A DNA stretch of 32,000 nucleotides from Methanopyrus kandleri AV19 (GTDB lineage Archaea > JAADCQ01 > Methanopyri > Methanopyrales > Methanopyraceae). The position numbers and the translations under genes are program-made. Of the stretch, positions 23,950 through 32,000 are shown piece after piece. Location of the stretch: NCBI RefSeq assembly GCF_000007185.1, contig NC_003551.1, positions 120,001 through 152,000 on the forward strand. Direction: 5' to 3'. How positions within the stretch are numbered: position 1 is the stretch's first letter; every line of letters starts with the position of its first letter. Under the pieces are notes generated by a model. It made no database searches and had not been told where the DNA came from. It was given only the letters and a program-made list of their open reading frames with translations.

Positions 23950-26485
23950 TGACTTCCTTCGGCTCCCCTTCTTCGACCTCCACGATGACGGTACCCGTGA
24001 GCCCCTTGTCAGCCAGCCGCTCCACCGCCTTCCGGATACCCTCGACCGCGGCGCTCCGTTGTAGATCCTCCTTGTACTCCTCATACAGAAGACCCACCAG
24101 GTCCCTGAGGGATCGCATGAGGTCGGGTACTTCCTCACCCAGGACGTCCGCGACATCCGCCCACTTCCAGCGCTGCAGACACTTGGTGATGAGCAGCAGT
24201 TCCTCCTCCTCGGATAGTTCCGGCCTGTCCTCGGTGTCCAGGAAGTACGCCTTCGCCAGCTCCCGCACCGCGTCGGCGGCGATCTCGTACGTATGGACCA
24301 TATCCGCGTACTTTTTGAGCCGTCTGAGCTGGCCCTCGGTCAGCGTCGGCCGGTACCTCAAGGATGACATGGGTTCGAAGAGCAGTCGGGCTACCTCGGG
24401 CTCAAGGTCCCGATGTGTTTCGCCCAGCCAGTCCGCCAGCTTGATCCGGAACTCGAAGTTCGCCCTGTTAATGATCTCCTCGGCTTCCTCGGAGATCGGC
24501 CGGATCACGGCGACGGAGTACTCTCCGCTCACAGGGTTGCGGTTAGGGCTGATGTGCACGGGCACGAAACCATTACGCAACCAGAATCGGGTAAGTTCTT
24601 CGTTGGCTCCAAATCCTGTTCCTATCCAGTCGTAGTCCTTCTTTTTCGCTATTTTTGCCAGCTCCTTCAGAGCTCGAGAGCCAAGACCGTGCCTCATGAT
24701 GTCGGGATGTGTCGCTATCCTTACAATTCTAAGCCCCTTCATTCGTGGGAAATCCAGCGCGTCGTGATGTTGAACCATCAGATCCGGGATCACGTTACCC
24801 GGCGGTCGGTAACCGCGACGCATCTTGGTGATCACGTCTCTGGGTATAGTGCCCTCACGGGCTACCTGGAGCGCGGTGACGATCTTGCCGGTCTCCGTCT
24901 TGAGGGCGTAGGCCTCGTGATGTGGAGCGTCGGCGAGTACCATCACGTCGCTGGGTCGGTTGCGGTAGTGGGCCATCACGTAGATTCCGATGAACTGACG
25001 GAGTTCCTCCTCACCCTCAGGGTCCTCGAACCAGTACCTCAGGTCCGGCTTCTCGAACTCGACCCTCATTTCCTTCACGCATTCCAGGTCCTCCTTGTCG
25101 AGGTCCGCGGGCTCGGCGTCCAGGAGAAGCGTGTCGAACAGCCATCGTTCGATGGGGTCATCCGAATCGTAGCGGATCGGCTCGTGCATCTTGAACTCTA
25201 TTAGGCGAACATCCCGTCTCTTGCGAACGTTCTGGAGGAACCTCACCGAGAACCCGCGGCCCGCACCCTCGTAACCGTGAATTGTCGAGGAGTAGACCAC
25301 CTTGTCGTTGTTATCCAGGATCCGCTCCAGGATGGGTACGTGAATCGAAGCGGCCTCGTCGACTACCATCAGATCGCACTCGATCTCGGAAGCCTCGGAC
25401 GGACGCTCGTACTCGACCACGAAATCGTCGGTTTCTACGTACACGATGTTCCCCTTGTCGTCCCGTTCCACATCGTACTCGACACCGAGCTCACGCAGTG
25501 CCTCGAGTAGGAACTCGAAGAGTACGGCGACGTTCTCGGGCTCGGACGCCGTCACCACGACGTCGTACACGTCGGTCGTGACGCCCGCACCGGCCACGGC
25601 GATTCCGAGAAGCGCCGACTTGCCCCGCCCTCGGTCCGCCGTGAGGATGAGGGCGGTCTTACCGTTCGACTCCAGCAGCTCTTCGAACCTGATCAAAGCC
25701 CGGAACTGATCCTCGGTTGCACACATCCGATAGAGCTCTTCGGGAAGCACGGCGTCGTCCGGTGGATCGAGATCTGGCCGCTCTCGGCGCTTAACCTCCA
25801 CCTCGAGGTCGACATCTTCCGACGGTTCGGGCTCCGCGGTCCACTCGTCCGTATCCACTATCCAAACACCGTCGTGCTCCTTCAGCTTCCTGATGAACCG
25901 CCGGTTGAAGCGCTTACCGACGTGATCGAGCGTGTAAGGTGGTGTCACTAAGCTCTTGTGGAAGGCCGTCCACATGTTCCTCCAGCGGTCGAAGGGCGGG
26001 GTCTGGAAGATTACGAGACCACCTCCACGAACGGTTTCGACGAGACGACCGATAGCGTCCGGATCCAGGTCGTAGGAGAGGTCGATCACCATGAGGTCCC
26101 AGGTGGTACCGAGCGCCCGTTTGGAGCCGCTGAAAGTGAGCGCTTCTAATTCGTACTCGAAGTTCGCTTCCTCGGCGAACCCCTCGAGGACGCGGCGAAA
26201 CTCCTCGTAACGCTCACGAGCGTAGGTATCCTCCTTGAGACTGTCCGTCACGTACAGGACGGAAATGGGTCTGTCCCGGACGTCGAAAAGGACGTCCGCA
26301 GCTCCCGCCGTCACGACACCCGCGGCCTCCGCTTTGCCCTCATCACCCTGAAACACGATCATCCTTCGGTGCCGGTGGGCTAAGGCCTCGGCGAGGGCTT
26401 CCTCCCCCACGTCGAGCACGATCTCATCGACGTCCGCGAAGTCCAGCACGCCCTCGTCGAAGAACACTTCCGCCTTGTCCGGCAT
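23918..26485 (-). CDS. tmcA: tRNA cytidine N4-acetyltransferase TmcA (Kre33/NAT10 homologue)
   Basis: Walker A LTADRGRGKSALLG. Helicase-like domain. GNAT region LRIVRIATHPDIMRHGLGSRAL. C-terminal tRNA-binding tail. ATG 26485 is preceded by GGAGGGGG; the ORF is open to GTG 26557. Confidence 0.88.
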   Translation of the reverse strand: MPDKAEVFFDEGVLDFADVDEIVLDVGEEALAEALAHRHRRMIVFQGDEGKAEAAGVVTAGAADVLFDVRDRPISVLYVTDSLKEDTYARERYEEFRRVLEGFAEEANFEYELEALTFSGSKRALGTTWDLMVIDLSYDLDPDAIGRLVETVRGGGLVIFQTPPFDRWRNMWTAFHKSLVTPPYTLDHVGKRFNRRFIRKLKEHDGVWIVDTDEWTAEPEPSEDVDLEVEVKRRERPDLDPPDDAVLPEELYRMCATEDQFRALIRFEELLESNGKTALILTADRGRGKSALLGIAVAGAGVTTDVYDVVVTASEPENVAVLFEFLLEALRELGVEYDVERDDKGNIVYVETDDFVVEYERPSEASEIECDLMVVDEAASIHVPILERILDNNDKVVYSSTIHGYEGAGRGFSVRFLQNVRKRRDVRLIEFKMHEPIRYDSDDPIERWLFDTLLLDAEPADLDKEDLECVKEMRVEFEKPDLRYWFEDPEGEEELRQFIGIYVMAHYRNRPSDVMVLADAPHHEAYALKTETGKIVTALQVAREGTIPRDVITKMRRGYRPPGNVIPDLMVQHHDALDFPRMKGLRIVRIATHPDIMRHGLGSRALKELAKIAKKKDYDWIGTGFGANEELTRFWLRNGFVPVHISPNRNPVSGEYSVAVIRPISEEAEEIINRANFEFRIKLADWLGETHRDLEPEVARLLFEPMSSLRYRPTLTEGQLRRLKKYADMVHTYEIAADAVRELAKAYFLDTEDRPELSEEEELLLITKCLQRWKWADVADVLGEEVPDLMRSLRDLVGLLYEEYKEDLQRSAAVEGIRKAVERLADKGLTGTVIVEVEEGEPKEVIIRREERLEL

Positions 26486-26557
26486 TCCGCGCCCCCTCCG
26501 CCGCACTATTCCCTTGACGGTGAGATTCGACTTAAAGCCCGAGATGGTACACCCCAC

Positions 26558-26620
26558 TCGGGGATGAAGACGGACCTCGGGCCGAAGTCCGATGGGGAGG
26601 GTCCGCGCTACTGACCCGCC
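26558..26620 (+). ncRNA. Candidate box C/D sRNA (moderate; degenerate C'/D')
   Basis: GGG/CCC terminal pairing at 26561-26563 / 26615-26617. C-like ATGAAGA 26564-26570. 12-nt spacer CGGACCTCGGGC. D'-like CGAA 26583-26586. 5-nt loop. C'-like ATGGGGA 26592-26598. 12-nt spacer GGGTCCGCGCTA. D CTGA 26611-26614. A weak TTAAAG box at 26532-26537 lies about 27 nt upstream. Confidence 0.45.
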
Positions 26621-26637
26621 TCCTCGGGGGACCCGGG

Positions 26638-27321
26638 TTGACCCCCAGGATCATGGTGGGGACCTCCCCGTTCCTAGGAGCCGGCCAGTTCGGGCATCGG
26701 GCCCTTCTATACCGGCGCACCTTCTACCACCGTCCTGAAAACATCGTTGCGCTGCTAGAGTACTGCGCCGAAGAGCTCGGCGTTACGGGCGTTCAAGCCC
26801 TGGCGGATCCGGTCATTATCGGGGCGCTGAGGGACGCGGATCCCGATCTGGACGTCGTGGCGGTAGTGGGACTGAGGAACTTGGAGGAGGAGCTCGAAAT
26901 GCTGGAAAACCTGAACCTGCGTGCGGTGCTTCTCCACGCCAGCTGTGTCGATGGTGAGGACGTCGGAGAAGTGTCGGCCAAGCTGGACGAAATCAGAAGC
27001 CGATTAGATGTTCCGGTCGGGATCGCCACGCACCGACCGGACGAGACGCTCCCTAGGTGGGAAGATAAAAAGACGGCGGACGTGTACATGGTCCCCCTGA
27101 ACCCAGTTGGGGCGTTCATGGGAGACCAGAAAGCCGTTGAGGAGCTCTTGGCCGAAACGGATCGAACTGTGATAGCGAAGAAAGTATTGGCGGCCGGATC
27201 CTTACCACCGGAGGAAGGACTACCGTACGCAGCGCGTTACGCGGACGCCGTGGCTGTAGGAATCACCGGAAAGAAGGAGGCGGAAGAGACCCTGAGGATC
27301 GCCAAGAGGTACTTCGGGTGA
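26638..27321 (+). CDS. Conserved hypothetical protein (alternating beta/alpha pattern, possibly TIM-barrel-like)
   Basis: 227-aa ORF with neighbour-like composition and no motif I can name. TTG 26638 or ATG 26653 could be the start. Confidence 0.55.
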   Translation: MTPRIMVGTSPFLGAGQFGHRALLYRRTFYHRPENIVALLEYCAEELGVTGVQALADPVIIGALRDADPDLDVVAVVGLRNLEEELEMLENLNLRAVLLHASCVDGEDVGEVSAKLDEIRSRLDVPVGIATHRPDETLPRWEDKKTADVYMVPLNPVGAFMGDQKAVEELLAETDRTVIAKKVLAAGSLPPEEGLPYAARYADAVAVGITGKKEAEETLRIAKRYFG

Positions 27322-27367
27322 TGAACCCCTCGGGAGCGGACTTAGTGAAGAGACGTTCCAGCGCTGA
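27318..27367 (+). ncRNA. Box C/D sRNA (strong candidate), C box overlapping the stop codon of the upstream ORF
   Basis: C GTGATGA 27318-27324. 12-nt spacer ACCCCTCGGGAG. D' CGGA 27337-27340. 4-nt loop CTTA. C' GTGAAGA 27345-27351. 12-nt spacer GACGTTCCAGCG. D CTGA 27364-27367. Confidence 0.75.
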
Positions 27368-27399
27368 TGCTTCGAGGGCATCCTTCAAGGACAAGGAGG

Positions 27400-28779
27400 T
27401 CAGAGGTCGATTTTGACGTCCCGAACCCGCTCCAGAACGACCCGTTCCCCTGTTTTAACCTCCCCCTCGAAGTCGACTAGTACGGCCCCGCGCGTACCGT
27501 GAGTGTCCACGATTTTCCCCTCGACTCCTCCCTCCGTGCGGACTTTCTCGCCCACCAGACGCTCGGCGTGCTCCTTGTTTAAAGCTAGTCCATCGACGAC
27601 CGCTAAGCCCTTCCCCATATGGTCGGCCCTTGTAACGCGCCCACGTCGCCTGGAGACGCGCTTGAATGTCTCACGCTTCGAGGTATCCTCCACGAGCCCG
27701 GAGCCCGCTATGCGGAGCGTTGTCGGCGGTAAGTCCAACTTAACGAGGATCGTCCTATCCCCCTCCCTCACGGCCACGGGCTCGTTGAGCTTCGCATACA
27801 GGTAACTCGATTCGCCGGGTCGTAGGGAGTCTAGGAGGAACCCATCGTCGTGAGGCACGATCCGAGCCGGTACGGACCTCATTCCGACGTGTATGTGCAG
27901 CATGGTCTTCTGCCCGATGGATTGGGGGAACAGGGGGTCTATTTCCACCTTCAAGTCAAGGTATCTGGTGACCCGCAGGGAACCCTCCTCGGCCAGTTGG
28001 AAGCCCCGTTCGATCTCTTCCTCTCGGATCCCTCGTAGCGCTATTCCAACCCGATCACCCGCACACGCTTCCTGCTTGTCCTTCCCGAAGCTCTGGATGG
28101 ACTTCACTTCGACGGTCTTGCCGATCGGGTACAGTGTCAGTTCATCCCCGACCTCGACACGTCCGGTCAGTACGGTACCGGTTACCACGGTCCCGGCACC
28201 TTTGACGTGGAACGCGTGGTCTATCGGCATTCTGAACGGAGAATCTAGATCACGATTGGGAGGTTCCAGCACCTCGAGCAACGCGTCTTTCAGATCCTCA
28301 ATACCCTCACCGATCTTCGCGGAGACCGGGATTATGGGAGCGTCTTCTAAGGTGGTCCCCTGGAGTACTCGTTTGATCTCCTCGATCCGACGCTCGACGG
28401 TCTTTTCGTCCACCAGGTCCACCTTATTGAGGGCGATGACCCCACGGTCGATACCCAGGTGATTAAGCACCACCAGGTGTTCCCCGGTCTGTACCTGAGG
28501 GCCCTCATCGGCCGCTACGACCAAGATCGCGGCGTCGATTATTTCGGCCCCGGCCACCACGGTTCTGATGAGATCAGCGTGGCCCGGGGCGTCTACCAGT
28601 GTGACGGTGTAATCACCGAGCTCGAAGCTGGAGAACCCAAGGTCTATCGTAATCCCACGCTCCTTCTCCTCCGGGTGTTTATCCAACGCCGCCGTAGAAG
28701 GCTTCTCAGTCAGCTGCGCTGCGAGTGCCGTCTTGCCGTGGTCGATGTGTCCGAACAGTCCAACATGTACTACGGGCAC
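27400..28779 (-). CDS. selB: Archaeal selenocysteine-specific elongation factor SelB (EF-Sec)
   Basis: G1 GHIDHGKT, EEKERGITIDLGF, G3 DAPGH, G4 NKVD. Length is 459 aa with a short domain IV. It lacks the zinc knuckle of aIF2-gamma. Confidence 0.8.
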   Translation of the reverse strand: MPVVHVGLFGHIDHGKTALAAQLTEKPSTAALDKHPEEKERGITIDLGFSSFELGDYTVTLVDAPGHADLIRTVVAGAEIIDAAILVVAADEGPQVQTGEHLVVLNHLGIDRGVIALNKVDLVDEKTVERRIEEIKRVLQGTTLEDAPIIPVSAKIGEGIEDLKDALLEVLEPPNRDLDSPFRMPIDHAFHVKGAGTVVTGTVLTGRVEVGDELTLYPIGKTVEVKSIQSFGKDKQEACAGDRVGIALRGIREEEIERGFQLAEEGSLRVTRYLDLKVEIDPLFPQSIGQKTMLHIHVGMRSVPARIVPHDDGFLLDSLRPGESSYLYAKLNEPVAVREGDRTILVKLDLPPTTLRIAGSGLVEDTSKRETFKRVSRRRGRVTRADHMGKGLAVVDGLALNKEHAERLVGEKVRTEGGVEGKIVDTHGTRGAVLVDFEGEVKTGERVVLERVRDVKIDL

Positions 28780-28788
28780 GGCGCTGCA

Positions 28789-29439
28789 TCACCACCCTTC
28801 GTCGAAGAAGTATCGCACCTTCGCCCGATTGAAGAGCGATGAGGCTCCCGCCACTGCGGCCGCTGTGAAAATGTCTTCCCCTCCCAATCCACCCTTTGCC
28901 AGCAGTACGTAGGCGACTACTATCGGGATGGGTAGGACGGCATCGATGGCACAGACACGGCGGAAGGTGTTCCTAACGGACACCACGGTATCGATGGGCA
29001 TCCCCATGAGGACCCAGTGGTAATGCCGCTTCCTGAGGGCGATGACGCAAGGCAGGGTCACCAAGGCGATGAGCGTACCGTAGACCAGCGCCTTGAACTC
29101 GGTGATACCCATAAAATAGAACACCTTACGACGGAGGGCGGTGAACGCCATTAAAAGGCCGGGTATAGACGCGATCCCCGTGAACTGCAACCCCAGGATT
29201 GCGAACGAAAGTTTGAGGGCCCTCCTAACGCGTACGATCTCCGCACCCGTAGGCGGAGAACCGTTGCGAGCTTTCGTATCGAATATATGGATCCACAGCA
29301 GCACGTTGATGAACAGTAGGACCACGCCGGAGGCGAGCAGGTATCTCGGACCTTCGCACGCCACGATCAAATACGCTGTCCCGTAGGAAAACGCCAGGAC
29401 GAGGAGGTACGTCCACAGTTCTGCTGTCGCCGGGTTCAA
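28789..29439 (-). CDS. Hypothetical integral membrane protein (about 6 TM helices)
   Basis: 216 aa, strongly hydrophobic segments. It is separated by 9 nt from selB and 6 nt from the upstream gene. Confidence 0.6.
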   Translation of the reverse strand: MNPATAELWTYLLVLAFSYGTAYLIVACEGPRYLLASGVVLLFINVLLWIHIFDTKARNGSPPTGAEIVRVRRALKLSFAILGLQFTGIASIPGLLMAFTALRRKVFYFMGITEFKALVYGTLIALVTLPCVIALRKRHYHWVLMGMPIDTVVSVRNTFRRVCAIDAVLPIPIVVAYVLLAKGGLGGEDIFTAAAVAGASSLFNRAKVRYFFDEGW

Positions 29440-29445
29440 CGTCGC

Positions 29446-30309
29446 TCACCCAAGGTGACGTACTTCGAGCTTGAGGTTCCCGAGGAGTTCTCGGACGTTG
29501 AGCCACAGAGCCTCGGCCCCGGCGGGAGTGATCCCGTAGACTGGAACCCGGCTACCGACTTTTAATATGTACCTACGTCCGGCCGCACGTCGCACGGCCT
29601 TGGAGGCGCAGCCGGTGATTATATCGCAATACTGAACCAGTCGCTCGGCGTCCTCCTCGTCGGTTCCCGTAGTGTGTACCGCGGCTATCAGCACATCGTC
29701 GCCGAACTCCTCCCGAATGGCCTCAGCGTCTCCGGCGTCCGCGACGGTTACGGCGACGAACCTTCGCCCCTCCTCCAGCGCTATCTCGACGCCCTCACGT
29801 TGATCGATCCTCCCTAGTACAGAGCAGCCGGAGTCTTCCAACCTATCTACGACCTCGGGGATGGGGTCCGTATCCCGAATCCCTGAGATTTCGCCGCAAA
29901 GACCCTGAACGATCGCCGGCTTGTCGGTGACGACCGTACCCGCACAGTCCGAGACTATTACGGCGGCGTCGATGAGCCTGTGTTGTAGACACGTCATCAG
30001 TGTCTCAGAGACACCGAACGGAGTGTAGCGACGGCAGGACCGAATCCTACGCTTCGGGGTGAACATCCCCACCTCGTTGACTTTGTTCAAAACGTGGCGT
30101 TCGGCCGCCTCCCTGGTTAACTTGCTGAAGCCTTCCCGGCGACGCATCAAGGGACACCGCTCGATCATGGGGTCACCTTCGGCGCGAACCTCCACGTCAC
30201 CGTCCTTCCAGATCACCCGTACCGGTGTCTTCCCCAGACACTCCATCATGTGCTCATACTTCGCCACCTCGACACCCTCCGGGGGACGATGTACCGTTGC
30301 GTCTGACAC
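29446..30309 (-). CDS. Methanogenesis marker protein 8-like (DUF2099-like) protein
   Basis: 287 aa. The motifs MECLGKTPVRV...ERCPL, FGVSETLMTCLQHRLIDAAVIVSDCAGTVVTDKPAIVQGLCGEISG and DPIPEVV match my recollection of this methanogen-restricted family. Confidence 0.55.
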   Translation of the reverse strand: MSDATVHRPPEGVEVAKYEHMMECLGKTPVRVIWKDGDVEVRAEGDPMIERCPLMRRREGFSKLTREAAERHVLNKVNEVGMFTPKRRIRSCRRYTPFGVSETLMTCLQHRLIDAAVIVSDCAGTVVTDKPAIVQGLCGEISGIRDTDPIPEVVDRLEDSGCSVLGRIDQREGVEIALEEGRRFVAVTVADAGDAEAIREEFGDDVLIAAVHTTGTDEEDAERLVQYCDIITGCASKAVRRAAGRRYILKVGSRVPVYGITPAGAEALWLNVRELLGNLKLEVRHLG

Positions 30310-30746
30310 CGATAGGGTGGGTCGTCGAGCGTACGGACGAAGAGGGACTTGTGAAGGTGAGGGAGAGATACAGGAAGTGCCTCGAGGGGTTGGAGGGATT
30401 CTCCCACGTCTGGATATTATGGTGGGGACATGAAGCGGATCGGACAGTTACGAGGGTAAGGCCCGTTCACGGGGAAGTCCCCGAGCTCGTCGGTGTTTTC
30501 GCCTGCAGGAGTCCCGACCGGCCGAATCCCGTGCTCCTGACGCTTTGTCGGATACTGGAAGTTCGTCCGAACTCCGGCGAGCTTCGGGTCTCCGGCCTAG
30601 ACGCCCGAGCCGGATCGCCGGTGGTCGATATGAAGCCGTACCTACCCGGTTACGACGAACCCGATGGGGAGGTGTCGGTACCGGAGTGGGTCGAGATGGT
30701 CAAACGGGGTCACCGGCCTCCTCGAACTCGAGGTCACCGTCGATGA
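30297..30746 (+). CDS. trmO: TsaA/YaeB-family tRNA methyltransferase-like protein (TrmO family)
   Basis: Motifs: [48 protein letters not shown]. The ORF is open from 30225. The TTG at 30297 sits just before the conserved start of homology. Confidence 0.65.
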
Positions 30747-32000
30747 GCCCACGTAGTACGTCCGCTAGCTCGTCGACCTCCACGCGGACCTGCTCGGTCG
30801 TGTCCCTGTCCCTGATCGTCACCGTGTCGTCCTCGAGAGTTTCGTGGTCTACGGTGACGCAGTACGGAACACCGATCTCGTCGGCGCGAGCGTATCGTCT
30901 GCCTATCGAACCGGAGTCGTCGTACTCGACCGTAAATCCTTCCTCACGTAGCATGCGGGCCACGCGTCGGGCGTACTCGACCATGTCGCTGCGCTTCAGC
31001 AGTGGGAACACTCCCACCTCGATCGGCGCCAGCCAGGCCGGGAACCTGAACACGCCCTCCTCCGGGTCGAAGTTGTGCTCGAGGACGCAATACAGGATAC
31101 GATCGATACCGTAGGAAGGTTCGATCACGTGCGGGTAGAACCGCTCGCCCGTGACCTTCTCCTTGACGATTTCGTAGCACTCCGGTGGCACCTCTACCTC
31201 CTTGCCGTCGACTTCGACGGTGAGACCTCCCTTCAGCTCGTCCTCGCTCTCCGCGGTGATCCGACGTAGCGCCTCCGCGATCTTCGGGGCGTCCGACTTG
31301 AACCTCGGTCCGAGCTCCTTCATCACGGGTTCCGGGCGGTAGACTATCTTGGGCTCCTCCAGCTCGCGGAAGGCCCGTAGGTCCTCTCCGCTGTGTTCCG
31401 AGTGCTTCTTAAGGTCGTAATCCGTCCTGTCCGCGATCCCGACGACTTCAACCCACCCGAACCGCTCCAGCTTCACCTCCACGTCCCAACAGTCGCTGGC
31501 GTAGTGTGCCCGCTCTTCGGGAAGGTGCTGACGCGATCGGATGGCTTCGTTCGGGACCCCCATCTCGTTGAGCATACGCTTGGTGAGACCGAGGAAGTAG
31601 CCGATGGGTTGACTGACCATGCCCTCCTCGACTGCCTCACGAACGGACATCTCCAGCATCTCGCCGTTCTCCTTCCGCTGTTCCTCTATGGGGTAGAACT
31701 TGAGGACTTCGTCCGCGTAGCGCTCGAACCCTGGGTACTCCTTCTCCTCGGGGTCGAAGAAGACTTCAGCCTCGGCCTGAGTGAACTCGCGGAGACGGAT
31801 CACACCCTGTCGCGGGCTGATCTCGTTTCGGTACGCGCGACCTATCTGCACGACGCCGAAGGGAAGCTTCTGGCGCGCCCATCGGTAAAGGTCCTTGAAC
31901 TGGATGAAGATAGCCTGGGCGGTCTCCGGACGCAAATACCCCGTTCGACCCTCCTTGGGACCGATGTTCGTGTCGAACATTAGGTTGAACTCAGTAACCT
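30700..32000 (-). CDS. glyS: Glycyl-tRNA synthetase, archaeal/eukaryotic type (5' end outside the window)
   Basis: Motifs: [31 protein letters not shown], and the C-terminal anticodon-binding domain [10 protein letters not shown]...[19 protein letters not shown]. The frame stays open to the window edge. The 3' end overlaps trmO by 47 nt. Confidence 0.92.

Noticed and set aside
23946-23968. Perfect ATGATGA overlapping the stop codon of the RNase-H-like gene, as a possible C box
   Set aside because: No C-N-G-A motif lies 11-13 nt downstream (the sequence there is CTTCCTTCGGCTCCCC), and no D box lies in register. Other isolated TGATGA hits (e.g. 8465, 13208, 14708, 28565; minus strand 1442, 20388, 26346, 31326) failed the same test.
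26486-26557. Upstream extension of tmcA to GTG 26557 (MGCTISGFKSNLTVKGIVRRRGRG)
   Set aside because: ATG 26485 has a GGAGGGGG ribosome-binding sequence and begins where TmcA-like sequence starts. The extension is basic and low-complexity, and it would overlap the C/D-like element.
27366-27382. GATGC/GCATC hairpin after the sRNA at 27318-27367, as an intrinsic terminator
   Set aside because: It has only 5 bp and no following oligo-T. Archaeal termination relies on T tracts. I noted it only as a possible processing feature.
1-32000. CRISPR arrays, IS elements/transposases, integrases, rRNA and tRNA genes
   Set aside because: I saw no regularly spaced direct repeats, terminal inverted repeats or recombinase-like ORFs. 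All intergenic spacers are 160 nt or shorter and are accounted for above.

Overview
This is a high-GC (about 60%), tightly packed archaeal chromosome segment. The gene content points to a hyperthermophilic methanogen, most consistent with a Methanopyrus-like lineage: thiol:fumarate reductase TfrB, ComB, a methanogenesis-marker-8-like protein, archaeal SelB, GatE, Cbf5 and TmcA. That assignment rests on gene content and composition only. I call about 30 protein genes, mostly housekeeping, with spacers of 0-160 nt and several 3'-3' overlaps. I found no rRNA, tRNA, CRISPR array or transposon. The most interesting locus is a two-gene minus-strand module at 8665-16871. It encodes a 667-aa alpha/alpha-toroid plus Ig-like protein and a 2042-aa CobN/ChlH-like chelatase homologue. 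Both have an N-terminal signal peptide and a C-terminal membrane anchor, so they are predicted to sit on the cell surface, and no AAA+/vWA chelatase partner is encoded nearby. The CobN core is interrupted by a tandem OB-like beta-barrel insertion, and the upstream gene lies in a local low-GC island. I propose this as an uncharacterised surface tetrapyrrole or metal handling system, which is an inference. I also read out four box C/D sRNA candidates by hand, two strong and two moderate. Three of them overlap or abut ORF ends. Other observations are a PP-loop tRNA thiolase gene broken by a 1-nt frame change in a G run, and a structured GC-rich leader in front of a TauE-family transporter. There is a ComB / TauE-Usp-TauE neighbourhood, a selB operon shared with a membrane protein and a marker-8-like protein, and an ogt gene with no canonical start codon where homology begins. 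All functional calls come from motif recognition by eye and no database search was run.
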